DNA of 64,000 nucleotides from the human T2T-CHM13v2.0 reference genome, Homo sapiens: assembly GCF_009914755.1 (NCBI RefSeq), contig NC_060947.1, one strand, 5' to 3'. Below the pieces are notes generated by a model. The model worked only from the letters and a program-made list of their open reading frames with translations. It searched no databases and had not been told where the DNA came from. Shown here piece by piece: positions 49,003 to 64,000 of this stretch. Positions within the stretch are counted from its first letter, which is position 1; every line of letters starts with the position of its first letter. Position numbers and translations under genes: made by a program.

Positions 49003-49203
49003 CAGTGTTTCTCAACCTAAAGTGATTTTGCCCCCCAGGGGATATCTGGCAATGTTTGGGGATATGTTTCATTGTCACAGCTGGGGTGAGCCCATAAACA
49101 TCTGCTTTGGCAACTAAATATTCTGCAATGCATACAACAGCCCTCAACAACAAAGAATTATCGGATTCAAAATTTGAACAGTGTCAGGGTTGGGAAACCT
49201 CGC
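49003..49203 (+). mobile_element. MER20-like hAT MITE
   Basis: CAGTGTTTCTCAACC...GATTTTGCCCCCCAGGGGA...GGTTGGGAAACC. Confidence 0.8.
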
Positions 49204-49403
49204 TTCAGGCTGTTGAAAATAACAAAAGGGAAACCAAAGAAGAAGTTAGGACAGGAACACAGATTTAAGAGGGAGCATAAAAGTGATACTTCATTTTTAA
49301 TAGTACAGTTCTCCAAAGAAGTGATCATTTAGAGAAAGAAGACTAAAGGACCAGGGTGACAGGATTTTGAGGACCGACTGTGTGGCATAAATATTTATAA
49401 GGC

Positions 49404-49696
<293 letters not shown>

Positions 49697-49879
49697 TTAT
49701 AAGGCTTAAAATGAAAGGGTCCACATGATACTTATAATTAAGAATTCATAAACCAAAACTACACTGATTTGCAATGAATCTGATATTAGTTAAGAGGTAT
49801 TTTAAAGTTACCATGGTTTCCAAAGGTAATGCGAATGTATTTTATTAGTAGCAGCTGATACAGAATATTTACCACATTA

Positions 49880-50104
<225 letters not shown>

Positions 50105-50822
50105 TTATTCTTGGCAACACACTAATTTATAAGCTCTGGGAAAGATTCCTCAACTGGTTGAACATCTCAATGTCAGAATCACGGTGAGAATGAGAGGTTA
50201 ACAAGGCAACAACTAGTAACGCCTTGTAAAAATGCCAGAAAAAACTCTTTAAAAATGAAGAAAGATAATGTGTAGCATCGGGAAACTATGCTGACACAAG
50301 TAAATGAAAGAAAACAGACATCAGAGGTAAAAAAATTTTAATTATCTTTGGAACATTTAATCACCTATCTTATCTCACTTCCAATAAAAAATGCTTCCCC
50401 ATCCCCACTCCTCAGCATCACATTTAAAATAAGTTATATTCATATACTTACTACACTATTTTATGAATACAATAAATCAGAAACCTTCATGCAATGGAGG
50501 TCACTTTTTTTAGTTAGAAATGACATTTTTTAAGCTCAAGTGTCTTGATTCAAAAGTCTATTTTAGTTTTTCTTCATGAAACTAAATTTTATAAATAAAT
50601 CTTAAATATACACTCAATTATTAAAATTTGTTAAATTGCCAAGATCAGAGTCCTCTGCTTGCTGTATAAACAATAAGACTTAGAATAAAAGAGAATTTCA
50701 ACCTTATGATCATGGTGGTGATATTCAAATGAATTAACTTGCCATTTATTTATTCATCTTCTGGATTTAAAAGCATAAAAAAATTTAAAGGCTCAAACCA
50801 CAGAGCCTATGAAATGTACTTA

Positions 50823-51056
<234 letters not shown>

Positions 51057-51178
51057 TTAGCATAATGGACATATTTGTTTCTTTAATTATGTAATTAATT
51101 TCACTGACTACTTGTTCACTACTTCAAAAAGACTAAGGACAGATATAGGGGTTTCTTCAGTTCTATACATTAAGTTAA

Positions 51179-51481
<303 letters not shown>

Positions 51482-52052
51482 AAGTTAATCTAAATTTTTA
51501 AGAAATGTTAGCTCGAGTTTAGAGAATTCACTCAGCTGTCGCAGAAAAAAAAATTAATCTCTGTTACAATATATTCACTTATTCTCAAACAGTACCAAAA
51601 TACCTGACTATGTTGAATCTATTCATGATGCTTTTCTCTTTTTTTACTACAACTTTGTGACCTTCTTACAGCATGGCAGAAAGCATTAGTTTCTTAAAAT
51701 CCTAAGTATCTATAGTTTAAGCATTTCTATTACATTTTAACGGAAGCAAAGAACACGATTCTTGCTCACACAAACTTGGAAAACTGGAGGTAGGACCAGG
51801 TTTAAGATATACCGACTCTAAGGTTAATACAAAACAAAACAAAAAAAAATAAACAGCAAACAGCCCAGACTACCACTAAATGATGTTTTCTTGAAATTAT
51901 TTAACACAAATTAAGAATTATTACATAAAGCACATCTGTTTATAAATACGTGTTTCCAAATACTTAAAATATCAATTATCAGTACAAATTAAGGTATGCT
52001 ATAATGAATAACTTAATGGGCAGTTCTTTCAATATTAGAATAGAGCCACTCA

Positions 52053-53894
<1,842 letters not shown>

Positions 53895-56141
53895 GTTACC
53901 ATAGCACTCAAACATGGTACAATATTGTTTTCTCCATTTCCACAAAAGGAATCACTATTATATAACTGAAATATTTCTCTACATCTGTGACAGAATCCCC
54001 CATCATTCCCTAGCAGGACTTGAGCATCCTATATCCATCCTTCTTAAAAAGTATATGAGATCTTAAAAAAAAAATGGGGGTGGGGAGGGGAGAGGGGGCA
54101 GGGGCTTGGGAATGAGACAGATGTGTGAGAACCATGTCTACTGCTCCTTCCAGCACTGGATACTAATCATAGACATCAGCAAGGCCTTGATGAGTAAGGA
54201 ACATAATACAGTTGTAACACATTGGCAGAGTTTATTGTTAGCACATTAAGTCACCCTTTATCTCAACCTAACATTACATGATGTTCAATGGAGCCACAGC
54301 TGATAAGTAGTGACTTATTCTGAATTTTCACTGTGAATGTTATAGTATTCAATCAATCTTTCATTCTGACCCAGGAAAGAAACAAACTCAAAAAACAGAC
54401 TCTACCAAAAATAATTCTCAATAAAGAGTTGTTTTTTTTTTAAATGGCCTATTTCTGGAGAAACAGGAGGGGCTAAAAAGGAAACCCAATAATATTTGAT
54501 GAGGTGCCAATGGACTAGCAACATAGGAGAACATTACTATCTCGAGGCCGCAAGACATAAGACAAGTGTCATTGGAACCTGGATGAGGACTCTAGCCATG
54601 GGAAAGACCTGGTTACAACCAACGGGAAGGAGACTATCCAACAGGGTCTCCTGACAGCTGCTAAAATTTGCAGCCCAGCAGGAAAGGAGCAAAGGTAATA
54701 AGTGTGCAGACTCTCTATCTTTCTGCCCTCTGATCTCTCATGAGGCCCTCCAATTGGCTGAACCCAACCAGAAGTCATAAGGCAAGGATGCACTGGTAAT
54801 TCGTGCACAGAACATAGCCCCTCAAGACACAAAGTAAAGCAGGGAAGAATGGACAATGGGCAATTAGAGGATAAGGAGCCTATGTGCTAACTGTGCTTAT
54901 CCTTCAGGCCTAAAATCGGAGATTACTTCTTTAACACCTCAGCTCTTACCTCTTCCTATGTTATCTGATAAGGTTTGCTAGGGAATTCTGAATGTGAAAC
55001 AGTCCTAAATAGACAGCCATAGTGGTTAAGAAGACTGATAGACTGATACTCCACCAGTATCAGATTGGTAGAGTTCAAACTTTGATTCCATCACCTATGA
55101 GCTGTGTGGCTTTGGGGCAACTTTCCTTCTTTATAAGATAGAGTAACAGGGCCCACCTTGCAGTCTTAGAATTAAGTGAGATAATTTATCTAAGGCATTT
55201 TGCACAGTGCCTACCTAGCACATAGGAAGCACTGCACTAGCTATTATTAGCAACTTTTTTATGGTTTTAGTCAGATGCCTCTTCTTTCTGTTTGAAAACT
55301 TTATGAATTACACAGAACCTCTAAATAAAAAGGCAAAGTCTTCTCTGACCTATTCTACTTCTTTGTTATTTGGTAATTTTGCAATTAGAAGCTAAAAGGA
55401 CCATAAAGTATCTTCCATCTGTAATTCTCAGAACAACTTGGACTGAACACTTTCTTATCTAATCTCAGAGTTTCCATATACAAAAGTAATTCTGTGAAAG
55501 ATATTGGGGTAAGATTTCAAGTCTGATCATAATATAAGCAGTAGTGATACATAGTCTTTCTGAAGTTTCTGAAGCATAAAAAAAGCTAGAACATATTTGA
55601 TTACACAAATCTGAAACATGGTGTTAAATGTTTCAAAATTCATCATTACAAGGCTATAAAATGTAACATCTTTTTTTTTTAAGGCAGTATTTCACATGAA
55701 GATTCCGAATATATAGAATTAAACTTTTTTCCTTTGGGAGCTCTCTCCAATTTTCAGTTTACTTAATCACCATAAGAGAGTTGGGAGGGCTTAGATCCTT
55801 GACCTTGTATACGATTCTTCAGCTCCCTAGGATGGCCTAAAGTTTCCTCATTTTTTTAATTAAGAGATTAAACAAGATGATCTTTAGAATATATTCTACC
55901 TTAAAACGGTCTGACCAATTCTCACAGTAGGTAACCTGAACTAGGTCATTTTCATCACCTAATTTTCATGTATCAGCAAACTCAAACAGGCGTGCATTTC
56001 AAAATCTTGCCATTTTGTCTTCCCTAGTATGGTACCTAAGATTTTAATGAACACATTTGCTGTGATTTCAACAAGGTAAAATTATTTTAAAATGTAGACA
56101 TATCTAAGAGTATTACTTTTTAAAAGGTCCAAGTACGATCA

Positions 56142-56264
<123 letters not shown>

Positions 56265-58610
56265 CTATATTAAAGAAAAAATAAATATGATCAGGAAAAC
56301 CAACCTTAAAACATGTTGCAATTCAAGTATTAATGACAAATACAGAAGTTACACTTGGAATTTGAGCTTTTATTGCTCTGTGATTATCTGTTAACAACTA
56401 TCATAACCTACAAGTCTCAAATGTAAGTATTTTAGTGCTACAGATAACTGCTTCTAGCACATTTCACCTTCCTTAGAGGAGAAACCTTGATCCAGGATAA
56501 CAAGAGAATGACATTGTGATGAATCAAACATTCTTATTAATAACATACTATCAAATATAGCACAGACTATTACTACATTTTCAAAAAAACTTGATTAAGA
56601 CAGATATAACACTAAAACAAAATTGAAGGTGATTTTAACTTTCTTTGATTAACAATAGGCAAAGCCACATCCTGAAGACACCACTATGAACATCAATTAA
56701 CATCATACTGAAACTCTAATTTGGTAATATTCTAGTTGGTAAGATACTGAGAACACTGCCAGGGACAAAGTAGAGATACACATAAATGTGCACAAATGGC
56801 CATATAGAGGATGGTTCTCCCGATAGAACTAAGTTGCCTTTCTCCTACTTTTCTTTAATATGGATAAAGGAGATAAAATAACTCATTTTACATATGTGCA
56901 AGGATGTGCACATTTGCAAGTGGAAACCTACACAGAAACCATGTACACCACACACAGGAGGGCTGCTCTGCAGAAACAAAATGGGCTCTCATGTCCTTCA
57001 GGTCGGAGTTGCCCTCTGCATGCTACTGACCAGCTCTTGCTACAGAGAGCAGTTCCAGGATAGCAGAAGCCACAAGAAGCCCTTCTTTGTTTTTTTTACT
57101 CTTAGTAATTTTATCAGTTATTTTGTCTTCTTGTGATCATAGTAATCCTGGTTATGACAATATTGCTATCATCAGTTGGCTCCAAATGTGGTGCTTCTAG
57201 TCTCCTGCATCCTTCTGATTTCCTATGTGAAGCAAGTTCCAGTGTTTTAGATTCCTAGTAAGATTGAGAGTCTTTACAGTAAAGTTCATTTAAAAAGTAG
57301 GTGTGAATTTTACTGAACAGGCTTCTAATGTACTAGCTTAGCCTAAGAGACAGCAAGAATTAAGTCAGACCAGCAACAGACTCCAACTGTCCCTCCTTTC
57401 CCACACTGAGGCTATTGTTCTCAGAAAGGCAGTGAAAAATCAAAGAACGGCTAGTCCTGGCTTCCAAATTCACAAAGGGAAAAAAAAATTATACTCAAAG
57501 TTTACTGAAATGTTTTCTACATTTTGATAATGTCTCTGAGCATAAGAAAAACCCATGACAACAAAACATAATGATCAGAGATTTTACTAAATTTGTTTTA
57601 GAGTTTAAGCCTTAGTCTTATTGATAGGTCTACTTTGATTTCACCAGGTCAAGTTCTGCTATCAATCGGATAGTGTATTTATTCATACCATTACTATTCT
57701 AGCAGATTTTAAGTGTGAATTTATAGCTGAGTGGTATAGTCAAACACAGCAGCACCCTGTCATACAAAGATTGTGTTTCTTAAAGTACAAAGCTAGGAGT
57801 TGTTTGGAACAGAATGCGTTCTCACAGAAAAAGCCACTTTAAAAGAAGGCTGGATTCTTCCTTCAAAGAGAATCCAATGTGGTAATGACCAGGAGGGGAC
57901 CCAAGGGACATTCACGGGTGCTGAAAATGTTCTTTGTTTTCCTAATCTAGACGGTGATGATCACAGAGGTCTATATGTGTATATGCTTATTAAATCTCAT
58001 CAAGCAGTACACTTAATATTTGTGCACTTTAAGTCATATATCAAAAAAAAAAAAAACACAAAGGTGATTGGAATCTCAAGTCCAAAAAAAACTATTTAAC
58101 TTTTTTTGTTTTAATAGTATACAACCTATCTAGCCTCTCCCTAAAATGGTATTTCTACAAATAAAGTATTACAATTTCTAACTGTGAACACTGAGGACGT
58201 ATCTTACCAACTACATGCTCCATGGAGACTCTCAAACAAAAGGCAGCATTGCCTGGTGGGGGGCGGTCTGAAAAACAACAGCTGGGCCCCCAGTGTTGGA
58301 GGAGCAGAGCCACGTATAGACAAGTCATTCCTACCTATACTTGCTTTGTCTTTCAGCATCCAGAACCCCACAGCTTCTTTAGTGGCTCTTTTTTTTTTTC
58401 CCCTAAGCCTGGTTGAAGCTTTTCTACAGCAACTATTCCAAAGAAGACATAAAACAGAACTGTGGACAATAGTATTAGGTGTGTAATTTCAAATGGGTAT
58501 AACATATATGAGTTAGCCCCACCCATTGTTGGGATTTCTGCTATGAACTACAGAGAGAAGGAAGAATCCTAACTTAGTATGGTGAGCTGAGACTACCTTT
58601 GGAGATGCCT

Positions 58611-59105
<495 letters not shown>

Positions 59106-59287
59106 TCTAGAAAAATCTCGGGAAAACTGGGCCAAGACCCTAACATATCTCCTCCCAGAAACCCACCAATGCTCATGGGTAGTGTGTCAAAAAGGCTCAT
59201 TGCATTTATATTCTCTATCGTAGTTCTCAAGAGTAAAAATCTAGTAGAAAAAGATAAAAGTAATTATTCATTTTTAAATAATTTTAA

Positions 59288-59648
<361 letters not shown>

Positions 59649-59694
59649 TCATGGAAGCTATTTTGAGGTCAAGGAGAAAGCTTTAGCTGAATTA

Positions 59695-60051
<357 letters not shown>

Positions 60052-60054
60052 TTA

Positions 60055-60228
<174 letters not shown>

Positions 60229-60338
60229 TCACATTTACTTCAGTTCAAAAGTTAAATTACTAAAGAATAATAGGATATTTAGATTTTGCATAACGATAAG
60301 CTATCAATAGACAGTATTTGCTTTAAATCATCAAAACG

Positions 60339-60612
60339 AGCTGGGTGAGGTGGCTCATGCCTGTAATCCTAGTACTTTGAGAGGCCAAGGTGGGAGGATC
60401 ACTTGAGCCCTGGATTTCGAGACCAGCCTGGCCAACATGGCAAGACTCTGTCGCTACAAAAACTAAAAAAGTTAGCCGGATGCAGTGGCATGCACCTGCA
60501 GTCCTTGCTACTCAAGAAGATAAGGCAGGAGGACTGGGTGAGCCTAGAAGGTTGAGGCTATGGTGAGCTATGGTCATACCATTGTGCTCCAGCCTGGGCT
60601 AGAAAACAAAAA
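60339..60612 (+). mobile_element. Degenerate AluJ element
   Basis: Dimeric Alu motifs, diverged. Confidence 0.88.
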
Positions 60613-60849
60613 TGTTTATCAAATTCTGATTACAGTGAGCATTTTGGACTCAATTTGGCCCATTTTCTGGATGTTTAACCTAATCTCTGTCTGTGCATTG
60701 CCTCTCCACAGTGTTGTATACAGAGCAATGTTGTGGAAAGATTTCTGGGACTTTGGAGTATCAGGAGGACAGAGTATGTGTATAAACTTCTTAGGCCTCA
60801 GTTTCTCATCTCTAAAATAAGACAGCTGGACAGATTGTGGTTACTAACC

Positions 60850-60993
60850 ACTAGTGGGTATCAGAATCACGTGCAGAACTTAAATAAAATATTATTTCTG
60901 AACCCCCTTTCTGAAAATTCAGATTCAATATGTCTGGGATAGAACAAAGCTCCACAAGTGATTCTCATATATGCCCCTGATTGAAAACCACTG
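60850..60993. mobile_element. MER5-like MITE; a similar end fragment lies at ~18515-18561
   Basis: ATCAGAATCAC ... GTGATTCT ... TTGAAAACCACTG. Confidence 0.65.
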
Positions 60994-61707
60994 GATCTGA
61001 TCTTTAAGGTGACTTCAATGCTAACATTTGAAGGTGATAAGTTTTAAACAGAACCCTGGAGCTTCCACTTTCAAGGCAGTGTATAGTGCTAGCCTAGTAA
61101 CCACTTTTCCTTCCGAGAATATACCAAAATGGCTAAGAAGCCACATATATATCATCAGAATGAAATACAAGTTTAACAGGATTATCACATTTAAAAATCT
61201 TTACACAAATTATTTACATTTTTATATACCAGTTAAAATAACATTTTTTTAAAACAGTGAGCTATACCACTGAAACAAAGATAGTTACACTTAAACTGGC
61301 TAATTTTAATGCTTTTTAAAGATATAGTCATAGTTTATAAACCAAGCAAATAAGGACTGCATATTTCCTCTGATGATTAACCAAAGCAACAGCAGTAGCT
61401 AAATTCTTCTTAATCTAAGCACATGTGATACTTTGCTTCTGCCCACTTTTAAGTAAATATGCAAAAAAGTGGCATCACAATAACTGTCTGTACCACAAAA
61501 ACATATGTATCCTATCTATTGCAGACATGAGTAGAACTAAGTGGGATATGTGGCCTATTACATTATTGCTCACACAAAATTATGAAGACTGCTGACCCCT
61601 TAGCTTGCTGCCAACACCCTTTGTGGTCAATCAGCAGAACTGTAACTGATCCCTACCAATCAGGACTTCTCAGTCAAGTTTATCCCAATCTTACAGGGTC
61701 AACCTAG

Positions 61708-62070
61708 TGTAGAAAAACAATTCTCTATGGGTCTCATGTTCTGCACATCTTGCAAGCAGAGACATTGACTTTGTTCCAGACTATCTTTACAAGGATATTT
61801 GCACAGAGATAGTGTCTCTCCCCAGAGCAAACAGCAGGCATGCTTACTGTCCAGTACAATAAGATAATAAGATATTCAGGCTCTTTAAGCTCAGAGTTCC
61901 TCTCTTATGACACAAATGCTGATATGATACTCTGGCTACTGCTATTGTTGTGAGTAAAAAACTGTCCCTCATCTCAGACCCAAAAGTCTATGGCACCAGG
62001 AAGTTTTGCAGGCTCATCTGTTTGCCGGCAAGCAGGGTAAAATCTGACTCTCTGCCATTCTGGACACATG
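61708..62070 (+). mobile_element. ERV solo-LTR-like fossil (MER89/MER90-like; family tentative)
   Basis: TGTAG start and TTCTGCACATCTTGCAAGCAGAG...TTTGTTCCAGACTATCTTT motif recalled from ERV1 LTRs. Confidence 0.45.
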
Positions 62071-62783
62071 GCAGATGTGTATAATAACACCTGTTATTAT
62101 AAACGCATGCTCATTCTCTAATGGTAAAATGTTCAGAAGCTGAGTAGAGGTTCGACCAACATTTTCTCCTGCAAAAATGAATCCTTTTCTCATTATAGTA
62201 TGGTATTTTGACCATCGCATTAAACATAATAAGAAAACTCTTCAAATGGAGTATTAATTTCCTCAACTCTCTGCCCTGATGGCCAACTGACATTTTGCTA
62301 CAAGGTACACTTACTTGTTTCAAATGAAATACCAACTACCACCTCAGTGGTAAAATAAATCCAAGCATTAATCTTGGTAAACAGCTTTGCATCCTCTGAA
62401 ACATCCTTAAGATAACTAGCATTAAGCATTTATTTCAGAAAGTTTACTGAATGGAAGGCCTGAAATATTTTTCTTTTATGAGGCCCAAATTGGAAGGTTA
62501 TAGTGGGTTATTTAAAAAATGAAGAAACATTTGGCAGCAACTGCCATGAAGTCTGAACCACAGATTACATCTCAACCACTTAGTGAAATTTACTAACTTA
62601 TTTTTTTTGAGGAGAAATGGAGGGAAAATCTTAATCATATATGGTCTTGATGGTTTTTAAAGATTTTTGAACTTTTTTTTTTCAGTCAAAGAACTTTTGT
62701 GGATTTACTCATGTCATTTGTTTCCCTAACCTACCAAAATAACAAACTTGGAATAGGTAAATAAAATTGTTTTTACTGCTTTA

Positions 62784-62954
<171 letters not shown>

Positions 62955-63056
62955 CTATTAAACTTAAGCCTGCAACAAAAATTCACTTACTGAATGAATA
63001 TTTTTCTGTCCTGCCAGACAACGCAACCATGAATTAAAAGAAAATTTCATATTTAC

Positions 63057-63166
63057 CTTAAGTTTACTTTCCAGAAGTTCAACACTGGTAATCAGATAGG
63101 AAGCCTCAGATTCATTTAGCCCATGAACTACTGCTTCTTTGCCAAGTGTGGCATATAAAGTCACAA
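63057..63166 (-). CDS. ACSL4: ACSL4 coding exon (first in window; gene continues past 64000): [36 protein letters not shown]
   Basis: ag|TTGTGACT ... AAG|gtaaat; long-chain acyl-CoA synthetase sequence. Confidence 0.95.
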
Positions 63167-64000
63167 CTACATAATAAAAATAAACACAAATATTAAGTAA
63201 TAAACATCTATTAGAAATGGATATTATTGAAGTCAGTCTTTAATAATAGTTACACTTAGAGACACAAAGACATTGTATATTTTAATTTGATTTCATAGTC
63301 TCTGTTACCATCCTTCAACCTTGCTTCAAACTCCCTGGGAGCCCAAAGTTTTCCTTACAAATTCCCAGAACTCTCACTTCCTAAACCTGAAGAAACCCAG
63401 AAACACTCGCACTGCCACAGCTGATCAAAAATCTGTCAATTTAGATGCTCAAGGCCAATAGGTACTGGCTGAACTCTTAATTCAGGTCAGACTGGCCCAG
63501 CTAGGGCTTCTTCTTGATACACACTTTCATTGGCCATAGCCTCCAAAGAATGGATAAGTCCTTGAAAATCTTGAGGATCTTAAGTCATAAGATCAGCCAC
63601 AGATAATGTTCTTACTCCTTCTAAGAAGCTGTTTTAGTGAGTCCAATGTCCAATGTGATTGGTGACCTCCACACCTTAATTAGAGAGATCAAGGAGATCT
63701 ACTCCTTAGGAGCCACCAGAGATAACATAAACCAAGATCAGTTAGAATCAAAGGACATCTGCTAAACTTAGAAAGAACTGAAAATTCAGCTCTAGATTGG
63801 TAACCAGAAACAATGTGGTTAAAAATAGCCACTTTCACAAGCTGTTCATCGTTGAAAGTGGGTAATGGGTACATAGGGGATCATTTTCATATTATCTATT
63901 TTTTGTTTGAAATTTAAGCTCTATAATCCTAACTTACAGTGTTATATTTCATTCAACAAACAACAGAGTACTTAGTATGTGACAATACATTGTTTATTTC

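Overview
Mammalian genomic DNA, hominid and most likely human Xq, judged from the SVA, AluY and L1PA2/3 elements. It holds the complete intronless KCNE5 gene (minus strand, CDS 6382-6810, in a CpG island) and the 3' part of ACSL4 (minus strand). For ACSL4, 12 coding exons were reconstructed with GT-AG boundaries and a continuous frame to the stop at 25819, followed by a ~2.7 kb 3' UTR; the 5' exons lie beyond the window end. The rest is transposon-rich: a full-length inactivated L1PA2/3 with TSD in the last ACSL4 intron, truncated L1s, an SVA nested at an Alu tail, about 11 Alus, a THE1 solo LTR, MER1/MER3/MER5/MER20/MADE1 MITEs, and L2, MIR, HAL1 and CR1 fossils. The most interesting observation concerns the L1 antisense promoter and ORF0, which point in the ACSL4 sense direction: the ORF0 donor at 26794/26793 is in phase with the last ACSL4 exon, predicting an 87-aa ORF0-ACSL4 C-terminal fusion. 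Also notable is an unexplained perfect 33-bp inverted repeat at 16261-16349. Repeat subfamily names come from recalled consensus motifs, not from a database search.
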